From Octopus sinensis (Eukaryota), in contig NC_043011.1 in NCBI RefSeq assembly GCF_006345805.1, forward strand, positions 8,246,001-8,310,000: a stretch of DNA of 64,000 nt, written 5' to 3'. The notes under the pieces were generated by a model. The model saw only the letters and a program-made list of their open reading frames with translations, had not been told where the DNA came from and made no database searches. The position numbers and the translations under genes are program-made. Shown piece by piece: positions 49,945 to 62,803 of this stretch. Within the stretch, counting starts at the first letter, position 1, and the number at the start of each line of letters is the position of its first letter.

Positions 49945-51010
49945 CGTGGTTTGAGGTTCAGTCCATCTGCGTGGCACCTTGGGTAAGTGTCTTCTACTAG
50001 ATCTGCGGAGCAACTGTCTTCTGAGTGAATTTGGTACGCGGAAACTGTGGAAGCCCGTCATATATATATTTATTCTTTTATTTGATACAGTCATTTGACT
50101 GCGGCCATGCTGTAGCACCGCCTTTAGTCGAACAAATCGAGCCCAGGATTTATTCTTTGTCAGCCAAGTACTTATTTTATCGGTTCTTTTTGCAGAACCG
50201 CTAAATTACAGGGACGTAATCACACCAACATCGGTTGTCATGTGATGGTGCGGGACAAATACTGACACACAAACACATACATACATATATATCTATATGG
50301 TCATTATTAGCGAAACTCGATTATAGAGTTAACAAATTTTTTAATCACTCGGGTGCCTATTAACAGTGTGCCTTAAGAATTCCTTTTTGCGTAGTAGAGG
50401 TTTAACTGCCCTTTTTTGCATGTAAGATGTCCTCCCTCCATGCATAAATCTTTATACACCCTGATGTGTATGTGTATACACACACACACACACACACACA
50501 CATGATAAACTCTCCTGTCTTTAAAAAACATTATTCCTCTACCTTACTACTTCCGTCTTTCAGTATGTAACCTCGTGAGTACCACTGGCGATTTTTTTTC
50601 CTCTGTCTTCCCTTCTCTGGATCTTTCCTTCTCCTATGTTTCCGACGAAGAGCTCCGCTCGAAACGTTAAACCCTCCTTCTTCCCTTCTTTCCTGAGCGT
50701 CCAATAATACTTTATTTGTTCCACGTCCTCGCGTTGTTGTGTTTTTTTGTTTTCTTGTTTGGATTAACTTTATATATATAATATATATATATATACTTGT
50801 CTGTGTTTGTTACGCATGTACTACCTCAATGATTCACAACCGGTGTTTCATTGTTTTATGTACCTGTATGTTAGAAGTTGAGAAAAAGTGAGCGAGAGAA
50901 TAAATGTTAGGCTTAAAAGTAAAGTACTGGAGGGGTTGTGAACAAACTACTCTTTCAAGATGTACTCCAGCATGGCCGTAGTCCAACGACTAAAACAAGG
51001 AAAAGAACGA
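49945..51010 (+). mobile_element. Split SINE family B hosting nested inserts
   Basis: The 5' half (49945-50060) and a degenerate 3' half (about 50790-51010) are separated by an inverted B fragment (50070-50275), other sequence and a family E insert. Confidence 0.55.
50580..50770 (+). mobile_element. TA-anchored family E insert with a minimal hammerhead (50638-50672)
   Basis: GUUU-CCGACGA-A-GAGC-UCC-GCUC-GAA-ACGU-U-AAAC, then TTCCTGAGCGTC. Ends AACTT-(TA)n like the 23285 copy. Confidence 0.7.
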
Positions 51011-51674
51011 AAGATGACCTTAGTTTAACATGTTAGGAATTGACACCATTTGTTTGGTAGCATTTTAAAATTCGCTGATTGTCCATCGAAGGATATCTTC
51101 GATTAAGCATATGTAGCAACTGATTGGTTTTATACTTGAGTTTTGCGTGTGGAGTTTATTTTGCTGTTCCTTTTCCTTACCTGGAACTGGTTTATTAAAA
51201 ATATATCACCTTTCAGTATCACTTCCTCCTCATTGGATACCAGTAATAACTTCGGTACAATTACAGATATTGGATCCCGTTCTTCTGGTACTCTTATAAG
51301 TGGTCTTTTGCATTTTCAAGTTCGGTGAAAACAGCAATCGCTACACAAGACATAAACGCAACATCAGACAGTGTTTGTGACGAGAATTTCCTGGCGAAGA
51401 TTCCTAAAAAAACAGCCATCCGAAATGCTTCAGTTGTCTCTGGATATCTCGAATAGTAAGCTTCATGCTGGCTTTCCCGTGTTTCATTTGTCTCTGATAT
51501 CTTAGGTAGTGAACTTCTTGTCTGATCGAATCCTTATAGCGCCATTCTGTTACCTCACCGATTATGTCCCTCTCCAGCTTGCTCTCACCTCAAACACATC
51601 TTATTTCTATGGTAATAACGACGTCCTTCATCTTATCCTTAACCTCCCGTTCACCTATTAGTCATAACACATCT

Positions 51675-52062
51675 GGAGGCGCAATGGCCCAGTGGTTAGG
51701 GCAGCGGACTCGCGGTCGTAGGATCGCGGTTTCGATTCCCAGACCGGGCATTGTGAGTGTTTATTGAGCGAAAACACCTAAAAGCTCCACGAGGCTCCGG
51801 CAGGGGATGGTGGTGATCCCTGCTGTACTCTTTCACCACAACTTTCTCTCACTCTTACTTCCTGTTTCTGTTGTACCTGTATTTCAAAGGGCCGGCCTTG
51901 TCACTCTCTGTGTCACGCTGAATATCCCCGAGAACTACGTTAAGGGTACACGTGTCTGTGGAGTGCTCAGCCACTTACACGTTAATTTCACGAGCAGGCT
52001 GTTCCGTTGATCGGATCAACCGGAACCCTCGTCGTCGTAACCGACGGAGTGCTTCCATCCAT
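51675..52062 (+). mobile_element. SINE family C, full length with probable TSD
   Basis: GGAGGCGCAATGGCCCAGTGGTTAGGGCAGCGGACTCGCG tRNA-like head and GGTTTCGATTCCC B-box. Flanks are CATAACACATC and CATAACATATC. Confidence 0.93.
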
Positions 52063-52337
52063 CCATAACATATCAAGCTTGTCCTGATACTACGAACAGA
52101 CATTTATAACACATTCTAGTGGATACGCGGGATGCTTATCAACCTCAAGAGTAAAGAATTATAATCTCTATATTTTATCTTTCCTAGTCTTCAACCACTT
52201 GCAATTATAACTTTTAAAGCTTCTGTTAACTCTAATCGAACAACTTCTGATATTTTTTGGTGAACTCACATTCATAACACATCATATCACATTCATTAGA
52301 CGTTCTGGACCAAAATACACCGACGCTCTGAACAAAA

Positions 52338-52737
52338 CTCTTTTACTCTTTTCAGTCATTTGACTGCGGTCATGCTGGAGCACCGCCTTTAGTCGAGCAA
52401 ATCGACCCCTGGACTTATTCTTTTTGTAAGCCCAGTACTTATTCTATCGTTCTGTTTTGCCGAACCGCTTGTTTACGGGGACGTAAACACACCAGCATCG
52501 GTTATCAAGCAATGCTAGGGGGACAAACACAGGCACACAAACACACACATACACATATATATATACATATATACGACAGGCTTCTTTCAGTTTCCGTCTA
52601 CCAAATCCACTCACAAGGCATTGGTCGGCCCGGGGCTATAGTAGAAGACACTTACCCAAGATGCCACGCAGTGGGACTGAACCCGGAACCATGTGGTTGG
52701 TTAGCAAGCTACTTACCACACAGCCACTCCTGCGCCT
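52338..52737 (-). mobile_element. SINE family B, full length
   Basis: Reverse complement of 47271-47683. Confidence 0.92.
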
Positions 52738-52915
52738 AAAAAGCAAATCTAATGTAAAATCCTCAAAGGAATACGGTTTTCACAGCTGGGACGGTGCTGA
52801 TAATCTCGTTGATATCGCTGCAAACTCGAACATCATCGAGTGCACTTCAACGAAGGCCATCTGCTGGATTAACAAGTTCTCATTCATCAACGCAACCCAG
52901 TCTTTATCTTACTGA

Positions 52916-53143
52916 GGTACCTATTTCTTTATTACCCACAAGGGGCCAAACACAGGGGGGACAAACAAGGACAGACATAGGTATTAAGTCGACTAGATCG
53001 ACCCCAGTGCGTAACTGGTACGTAATTTATCGACCCCGAAAGGATGAAAGGCAAAGTCGACCTCGGCGGAATTTGAACTCAGAACATAACGGCAGACGAA
53101 ATACCGCTAACGGTGTGCTAACGTTTGTGCCAGCTCGCCGCCT
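52916..53143 (-). mobile_element. SINE family A
   Basis: Head (GGCGAGCTGGCACAAACGTTAGC on minus) and body, ending at GAAATAGGTAC. Confidence 0.88.
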
Positions 53144-53848
53144 CTAAAGACCATCTGTCAGAAGTGGGATCTTACAGAGGTACCATCTCCTCAAACTGCT
53201 TGCTGTGCCGTTAGTACAGCGGCCTTTGTTTTTTCGGAGCTAATTCCTTGTTTCCTTATATTAATGTCCTATCACCAGTCCTTTTTCTCGCCCATATTGG
53301 TTCGTGCAACAAATAACGAACAGAATACTAAATACTTTTTCCTGTCCCCAGTGCTTCGCGTTTATGTCACAAACACATACACACATATACCACAAATGCA
53401 TACACGCATGCGCATAAACACACATATACTCATATTCTTATAAGAACGCTAGTAAACACACACAAAATCACAAATCCCTGCGCTCTCTTTCCCCTTTCTA
53501 TCTCACTAATTATACATACATACATACACTCATTCATACATACATGTATGCATGTGTATAAATGCAATATACACACGTACGTGCGTGTATATATATATAT
53601 ATATATATGTGTGTATATATATATATATACGTACATACGTACACACACACACACACACACACACACCACACACAAACGTAGACACGCACACAACAGGTGT
53701 GTCACGACAATAGATTTGTTTTATTGAAACATTCATAACGCCATTTAATTGCTTCTCTTCCATAACTTAATCATTTCCGTTCACCATGTGCTTACTCACT
53801 TCCTCCTCAAACCAGCAAGCTACTACAACTACTACTACTACTACTACA

Positions 53849-53886
<38 letters not shown>

Positions 53887-53892
53887 CTACTA

Positions 53893-53930
<38 letters not shown>

Positions 53931-54616
53931 ACTGTGCGTTAGCCTTTATCGTAATTCGTCTGATATTGAAATCATCTAAAATCAGACTTCAGCCATTTTT
54001 ACTGTGGCTTTCACAACATCGAAGTCTTATTTAGGTTTATTTTACGCTTTTTCTCATTTATTTATTTATTTATTCATTCGTCTTAGTATTGTTATGATGG
54101 TGGTTGGTGGAAAATATTGTTATCGAAGTTTTGATATTGATTTTTGTTCGAATGCCTCTATGATTTCTTAAGAGCTCTGAGCAACAACTAAATTATATCC
54201 ATCGCACATATCTGTCTGTTCATCTATTCTTTCCATCCCAAACCTCGATTGAACCATCCTTAGATGGTGAGGAAGGGATAAAGAATTTTGTTTAATAATC
54301 GATTAGTTTCTGCGTTCGATTCTACTCTATGACAACTAGGGTCATTGCCTTCAATCTTTTTTCATTTTTTTGAATTTCGGATCGAGCTAATTCTTATTAA
54401 TGAAATTAATAAATGGATATTGTGTGGCAAATGATCGTCGAATAAATTGGCCTTGTTAGTTAAGGATCCAGTTTTGTCATGTTTCATACTGATGTTGTCA
54501 AAGAATTAACGTTATGGATATATATGTCCGTGGGGTACTCAGCCATGTATACGTTAATTTAATGAAAAGATAGTTCGGTAAACTTCTTTTAGTTTTTATT
54601 TGATAGAGATAAAAAG

Positions 54617-55020
54617 GGAATTTATGGTTGCGAAGTTTGGATTCTGAACAAATTTGAAGGGAATATAATTAATGCGTTTGAATTGTGGGTGTAGAGGAGA
54701 ATGATACGAGTCTCCTACAGTAATCATTGAACAAATGAATCGGTGTTAGAACTAATAGGTGAAAGATGGCTACAACTGAGCATTGTGAGAAAACAAAAGC
54801 TTATCCATTACGGCCATATTGAAAGAGAAAGAGATTTGGAAACCATTACCATAGAAGGGCGAATAGAGCTTAGTCGTTCAAGAGGCGGGGTAAAGAAAGC
54901 AATGTAAGGACAATATCACGAGTTGATTGGACAAGAGTGGCAAGGGAGCTGGGAATCTTTCGCTCAGTCGAGATGACTTTCGTTGTAGTTTCATTAATGC
55001 GCTACAGGCGGCGTCCGACA
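54617..55020 (+). mobile_element. RTE LINE 3' fragment (RT C-terminus), decayed
   Basis: Translation IYGCEVWILNK...AFELWV*RRMIRVS...TNESVL...KQKLIHYGHIER...IEGRIE matches the RTE YGCETW/AFEMWxYRRML/YFGHI motifs, with in-frame stops. Confidence 0.8.
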
Positions 55021-55190
55021 CATGTTGAAAAAAGACGATGTCGACGACCAACTAGTTCGTTTGTTCGGAGAAGAAAAAGTTCCTTGTTGGAACCGACTGA
55101 GGATCCATCACCATCGTTACCAACATCAACATCCTCAATATTATCAACGTCATCTTCGTCATAATTCTCTTCGTCTCCGCATCATCGTCG

Positions 55191-55229
<39 letters not shown>

Positions 55230-56105
55230 CGGCCTGTTTGCTCTTCTCAAGTAGAGAGCTAACCACGTCTTCACGCTCACCTTATTCTTGCTGTCTTACC
55301 GCAGCCCCACATCCTGCACTAACCACTTTGCCCTTCTCTTATATAATAAATAAGGGTCTTCTGCAAGGTTTACATCTGGCAGGTTTTCATTCCCCAACGT
55401 ATTGGCCAAATAAAAGCGTTTAAAATGAAGACGTTTAGCAGGATGTTTCGAAGTCGGAAGCATCTGGCCGTGAAACGGACTTCTTCTCACCCACGCGGAC
55501 ATATTCGCTGGTTGAGCATTACGTAAATATTTTCGCGTACTTACTGTAAATGACAAGTTATCCGACTGATCATACGCAGATGTTTATATCGATTAAACAA
55601 ATCGAATTAAAGCGATTGGCCGAATGTTGTGTGTGTGTGTGTGTGTATGTCTGTGTGTGAGTGTGTGCGTGTGCATGTGTATGCGTGTGTGTGTGTATGT
55701 GTGTTTGAGAGAGAGAGAGAAAGAGAAAGAGTGAGTGTAAGCGAGAGAGAGGGAGAAAGAGGGAAAGAGGGAGGGAGAGGAATACAATTAGGAAGATCGG
55801 AAGGATAATTTGATTGTCAAGTCATTACGCTAATTACGGGAGTTTTAAACCCCCTGAATTAATTTGTGTATGACTAAAATATATTTCATAGCAAAGGAAA
55901 TGACATCAGCGCTCGTTCTCTCCCTCTTTCGTTCGTGTTTTCCTTCTTTATTTCTTTCGTCCTTTCATCCACTTCTTCTTTCTTCCTTTCTTTCTTTCTT
56001 TCTGTCTTTCTCTCGTTTTTACTTTCTGTCTTCTTTTCTTTCTTTCTCTCTTTCTATATTTATCCACGTATCTATCTGCATAACTACCAAACTATATCTC
56101 TCCCT

Positions 56106-56491
<386 letters not shown>

Positions 56492-56492
56492 A

Positions 56493-58905
56493 GGCAGGGC
56501 GCTGTGAAGGTGCCATCACGGCGGCGGAAGTGCAGGAAGCGTTGGCAGAATGCTCGAGGGACAAATCGCCGGGTTTGGATGGTCTACCCTACGAGCTTTA
56601 CAGTTTGGAGACGTCTTGGCAAGAGGAATGTAATAGATAACTTTAGGCCCATCACTCTGCTTAATGCAGACTTGAAAAGTTTGTCCAAGGTGTTAGCCAA
56701 GAGGTTGGCGCTTGTCATCGAGAAACTGGTCGACAAGGCGCAAACGTACGCCGTGCCGAGCCGGAGCATCCATGACATCCTCCACCTGATGGGCTACATC
56801 ATAGACAGGGTAGTTAAGGAACATGGGTGGGGCGCTGATCAATTTGGATCAATCGAAAGCTTTCGATAGGGTAGACCATCGATACTTGGAGGCTGTCCTC
56901 AGAGCGGCTGGTTTCGGTCCCGTCTTCCGCGGCTGGATAGTCGCTTTATACAGAGGCATCCGTTCAGTAATTCGCGTAAATGGACATCTATCGAGACCTT
57001 TCGACATTACACGTTTGGTCCGTCAGGGATGCCCCCTCTCGTCGTTTCTATACGTATTGACTCTCGAGCCATTATTGCGGAAGCTGGCAAATCTGAGGGG
57101 CATCCCGCGAGAACTGGGATGCGGGACGAGCGTGTCTGCATACGCGGACGACGTCACCGTCATAGTGTCAAGCCATGAGCACATCGAGCAGGTCGGCGAG
57201 ACACCGAAAAACTACGAAGCGGTGACAGGAGCGAAAATCAACCGGGAAAAATCAATGAGCTTGCGACCTGGAGAAGCAAGCCCATGCCGTCCACCAGCGC
57301 CTCCGTCGTGGGACGCTGGACCGACGGTCCGGTCGAGTTGCTCAGGGTCTGATTTAGTCCGAACCTCCAAATGGAGAAGAACTGGAACAAGATAACGAGT
57401 AGGGTGGTCACTCTTGCCCAGCAATGGGCCGAGAGGAAACAGTCCCTAAAAGGTCGGGCGGAGTTGGCGAACTCGTACATCGCGTCCGTTATCTACTACC
57501 GCCTGACCGTCGTACGTTGTCCCGACCCTACCATCACCAAACTAGAACGCATTTCTTCCGCTTCCTGTGGAAAGTATGCGTCCCGATGGTCAGGCGATCC
57601 ATTTGCTGTCAACACCCGTTAAAAGGAGGACTGGGCATGCCGTGGTTGATGATGCGCAGACACGCGCTGAGACTGCGACATCTCAGACTCTTCGTAGACG
57701 ACGGTGAACAGGTGTGGTCGCCGTTTGTGAGGCACGCTTTCCCGCAGCTCGTCTCCATGACCGAACTGCAGTCGTGGATCAAAAAGAGGCCGAGGAAGGG
57801 CGAATGGCACCGCGAGTGTCGCGTTGCTCTCAATCAACTCTGCCGCCCCGGGTCGACCTTGAGTGACTCCAACACAACCCAAACATTCTATAGGGGATTA
57901 GTGGAGAGGAGGTACGACGACGAGCTCGGGGCGAACCTGGACGTCGACGAGGAGTACCTGACCCGCCTGTTCAGGACGACTTTCGGGCCAGGACCCATGG
58001 ACAACTTCCAGAGATCCCTGGCCTGGCAATGCTACCGAGAAGCGCTACCCGTTCGGGATAAGCTCTACAGACACGGCTCAAGAAACACGGGGCCGACCTG
58101 CACGAGATGCGGGAAGAGCGACGAAACCATTCTGAACGCACTCGTGCAGTGTCCAACAATCTCCGACCTGTGGGCTTATGTCGAACGGCCGCTGTCACGT
58201 GTGGGACGAGTCGGTTTATCGGCCGAGTCTATCATCAATATTGTGACGCCTCCTTCCTTCAAACGGGAAGGAAGAGCTATTTTCATCATCCTTGTGGAGA
58301 TGGCGAAAGAATGTATCTGGTGGACGCGTCTGAAAGGATTGGAGACAAACACTTTCCTCTCTGGTCAATCTCTCATCAACTTCTTCAAGTACCACTTGAA
58401 AAGGAAAGTGAGAGTAGAGAGGTAAGTTTTGTCTAGCGAATGTTTTAAAAAAAGATGGATGAGTGTAGCAAGGATGGCACGTATGAATGACGAAGCCACC
58501 TTGAGCATAATCCTATGAACCCAGAAATTGAAAACAGAGGGTTACCTACTTGCAAACAAATGTGGTAACATGTAACGATATTGACTGAGGTTACCTTAGT
58601 CTTATCCGTAGGCTTTTCTTCCCACGGATAAACCTTATCTGCTTCCCCCCTTACACCTTACATCATGACACTGTGATACACGATCCCTATTGATAGTTTT
58701 TTTCCCCTTTTTCCTTTTTTTTTCTTCTTTTTTCTTTTTTCTTTTCTTTTATTTCTGTTCCGTTTTTTTCTTTTTTTTTTCTTCTTTCCCTTTTTCGATC
58801 CCTTTTGATCGAAAACCTACCCCACTTCTTTTTTCCCCAAAAAAGAAAAGCTCTACTTCGTAATCTGTCCCGTCTGTGTGCAGCTCTGTGTGGCTAATAA
58901 AAAAA
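56493..58905 (+). mobile_element. 5'-truncated Tx1/L1-clade non-LTR retrotransposon (RT plus C-terminal Cys motif), frameshifted
   Basis: Motifs [36 protein letters not shown], GxRQGCPLS, YADDVT and CTRC...ETILNALVQC; T-rich 3'UTR; AATAAA at 58896 with a short A tail. Several frameshifts. Confidence 0.92.
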
Positions 58906-58907
58906 CA

Positions 58908-59175
<268 letters not shown>

Positions 59176-59591
59176 TAAACTAAATGATAATAGTCTATTG
59201 AATCCTGTATTATTTTCGGAGTTTTCAAGATATTGGCTTCTACTACAAACACCACGACTAAAATTGGAGAATTATAGTCGATTAGATCAAACTTAGTGCT
59301 TGATTGGTCCTATATTTGATCAAGCCCCCATCTAGGATATAAACGATATGAGCGACTTTGGTGGGATTTGAACTATTTTATTTTAAATATCGAATATTAA
59401 CTTCAGTCTTAATTTCCAACGTAGGCACGCTGCCATATTTATTTAGGAAGATGCGAAAATATTGGAGCAGCAAGACTCTCTCAATAACTGCTTCGTAATG
59501 CCTTGGCGCTGATTCAGATTTCTTGTGGGTGTTGAGAAACCACTGGGATTCTTTTGCGTGATAACTTGCCATTTACACTTTAGCACACCGT

Positions 59592-59899
59592 CTAATCTTA
59601 ACCCTAACTGTAACCCTAAACCAAAACCTATACCCAAACCCTAACAATAAACTCTAAACTTTAACCCTAACCATAACTATAAACCCTAAACCTAGTCCTA
59701 ATCCTAAACCTTAATCCTAACACTAATACTAAGCTGCAACCCTATACCCTAACTTTAACTCTAAGCCCTAACCCTAATCCTACCCTTTCGCCAATCATAA
59801 GTCACAAACATAACTCTAACACCCATCCCTAAACCCTAACTCTCACCCGAAACCTGAAACCTTAACCCCAGCCCATATGCTAAACCCTAACCCTAAACC
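59592..59899. repeat. Degenerate (CCCTAA)n telomere-like tract
   Basis: Many exact AACCCTAA units among 6-7-mer variants. Confidence 0.75.
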
Positions 59900-60184
59900 A
59901 AATTAAAGCTCAGATCAGGCTACTTCTCGGCGGTAGGCCGCACGTTAAAATAGCACCGAAACTAGTTAGGTATTGAATTTTCGAAACAGTCAACAAAGAA
60001 TTCTTTTTGTCATCTCTTGATCAGCAAGAAATAACAGTCAAGTCTGCTTCGAACTAAACTCACCTTTCATCTTGTAAAATCGTTAGCACAACATTACACT
60101 TGTGTCCTCTAAGGCACTAAAAAGTGTTGTTACATCCACATTTATCAAAGACTGATTTAGGTATATATTACCTATATCCACAGA

Positions 60185-60453
60185 ATTAAATGGAACGGCC
60201 TTTGAATTAAGACGAAATATTTACAGGACTAAATTTCAGATGAACAAATTCGGGATCCTTTAAGTAGATCCCTTAATTTTCTAGAAACAGCAACCAAGTC
60301 TACCTTGCTATGGGGGTCACATTGGATAATATAAAGACATCCGATGAGTAAGTCATTAAAGACAAGGTTGGTCGCCAAAGATTGAACACTTTTCGTCATA
60401 GGTCTATTGGAGATGAGACTAACCACCGCCGCCACCGCGGCAACAGTAGCCAT
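60185..60453 (-). pseudogene. Possible decayed class A GPCR fragment (TM1-TM3-like)
   Basis: MATVAAVAAVVSLISN-RPMTKSVQSLATNLVFNDLLIGCLYII...KLRDLL...SSEI*SCKYFVLIQRPFH resembles the N1.50, NLxxxDLLxG and IxxPLxY motifs. One in-frame stop and no clear DRY. Confidence 0.25.
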
Positions 60454-61125
60454 ATCAGGGTCCTCTAAATGTTTCTGTCCGTTTGTTGGCCATTTTGTAA
60501 ATGTGTTGGCCATTTTGTAAATTTGGATAAGTTCGAATGCTTTGAGGCATGAGCAACAAAAAAAAAACACACTCTTCAAATCCCACATCCTGGGATTTGA
60601 TCAGCCCTTACTGAGTTACCTGGATGGCGATGAATAGCGTTGGAAGGCCTAAAGCACTTTAATGACCCAAGAAAACATTACTTGTTATGTTTCGAGGTGC
60701 ATCGCAAGATGATACAAAAACTAAATTAGGGAAACGATTATTTCTAATAAGAAAACTGATGGAATACTAACCATTTTCTTTGTAATTGATTGAATTTGAA
60801 ACAACGAATGACAAAATTTGTCCCCTTATTTCTAATTTTCTAGTATAAACTCCTAGTATACGACTCGAATTATTTTTATCGACCCCATACTGGAAATACA
60901 AAATTCTCTCCTTAACTAAATTTGAAGTGAGAACATGGATGGACGCAAAAAACAAAACAAAACAAATAAGTTGGCATAAGTTTATGGCTGTTAGGGGTTC
61001 GGCTACACCGCTTGAGGGAGCCAAGTGAGGGTCGGGATATTTTGGTAAAGATATATTTTTTCATAAATCGTTCAAATAATCTTCTTTTGTTCAGTTTAAA
61101 ATATACTGCCTACACACTACCTGTA

Positions 61126-61475
61126 AGGGTAAAGCTCCCTTCGGTCATGAATGACCATGGGATTGCAGTTAGAAAGTTACCCTCTGAGGCACAAGTCCGG
61201 GTAAGGTTGTTTATGGAAGACCAGCAGCCGCCCATGCATACCAACCTTCCCTTTCCGCTCCACTGATGTTATTCAAAAGACAAGCAAAGACCGATACAGC
61301 TTGGCACCTGTGATGTCACAACTCATTTCTGCTGCTGAGTGAACTGGAGCAACGTGAAATAAAGTGTCTTGCTCAACAACATAACACACAGACCGGTCCG
61401 GGAAGTGAACTCACTGACTCATGATTCTGAGACCGACGCTCTAACCACTGAGCCATGAGCCATGAGCCATGCGCT
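61126..61475 (-). mobile_element. SINE family D, near full length
   Basis: Minus-strand head TGGCTCAGTGGTTAGAGC (with triplicated CATGGCT) and GAGTTCACTTCC B-box-like motif. The 3' part has the GGTCATTCATGACC hairpin. Confidence 0.8.
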
Positions 61476-61937
61476 TTCTACTTGTATTTACCTGTAACCC
61501 ATATATAAATCATGTAGATGACAGTGATCACGAAAATGCTTAGTGAGCAGTTTGAAAGATAGTCTAAATTTCACATCTAGTCACGGCATTTTGCTAATTG
61601 AATTAGCATCGACATTCTATACCCGACTTGGATTTATAAACAGTTGAAATGGAGCCCATATTCTATATCTGACATGAGCCTGCAACAAGTTGAAATGTGG
61701 CCTGCATTTCACACCTAACCTGGATATATTACCTGTTGAGATGGAGCCTACATTTCCCATCTAACCAAGACATTTCATCCGTACTTTGCCGGACAAAAAT
61801 ATTACATTATTTCAAAGCGTTATTTTCCGAAACGACAACGAATCGTTTTTGCATATACATCTGTCACTTCTGTTCTATCAATATGTTTTTCAGTTACAAA
61901 CCTAAGCACACACACACTCACACACACACACACACAC

Positions 61938-61981
<44 letters not shown>

Positions 61982-62449
61982 CACACACACAAATATATAC
62001 TGATAGAAGAAAGAACATAGATATGTAAGCAAAATGATTCGCTACCATAACAGCATTTGGGAGTAATGTATATGTGCGAGTGAGAAAGTAAGGAAGAAGG
62101 GGAAGAGGAAGAAATGGAAAATGGCCAGCCACATTTCTGCTGCATTTCTTACAGAAATCCTTATAACAATTCCATATTTCACATATGGAAGACATCGTAC
62201 GTTCTTGGAGAAATTTCTGAATGAAAAAGCCTGTCTGGAATTTTTCATATCACGAAAGCTTCCAGAATGAAAGACGCCCTGGGTAGACTAAGAAATTACA
62301 CCTGATATCCCGTTATAATTAATTTCGATCTTTTTATAATGGGATTATGTTGTTATTGTTGTTTTATGGGCTCTGAATAAAGCTTTTGTTGAGCCAAAAT
62401 ATCAGCTGTTGCCAATTTATGAAAAATTGTATATTGTACTGTAATGACA

Positions 62450-62451
62450 TC

Positions 62452-62490
<39 letters not shown>

Positions 62491-62752
62491 CGTGCGATTT
62501 TGTGTGTATGTACACATACGTACATCCACGCGTATAGCTCTCTCTGTTTCTTTATACACATATATACATATATATGTATATATATATGTGTATATATATG
62601 TATATATATGTATATATACGTTTGTATATATATGTATATGTATATATGTGTATATATATATGTATATATATGTATATATATGTTTGTATATATATGTATA
62701 TGTATATATATGACTGCATATATGTGGGTATATATGTATATGTATATATATA

Positions 62753-62800
<48 letters not shown>
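62450..62800. repeat. (TG)n followed by a complex (TA/TATG)n microsatellite
   Basis: Seen directly. Confidence 0.95.

Positions 62801-62803
<3 letters not shown>

Noticed and set aside
50311-50331. GAAACTC...GAGTT half-hammerhead
   Set aside because: No CUGANGA or stem II upstream, so the evidence is insufficient.
51150-51560. Possible decayed LINE ORF2 on the minus strand (AVFTE, SNEEEVIL)
   Set aside because: Only two short motif resemblances, in different frames with many stops. Not supportable without a profile search.
51675-51745. tRNA gene (also 6402, 13476, 49471, 42584, 61475)
   Set aside because: A- and B-boxes are present, but the sequences run directly into shared SINE bodies and lack a proper acceptor stem. 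They are tRNA-derived SINE heads.
56493-58520. Bacterial contamination or horizontal transfer suggested by high GC
   Set aside because: The segment encodes non-LTR RT motifs and ends in AATAAA plus an A tail within host microsatellites. It is a LINE.
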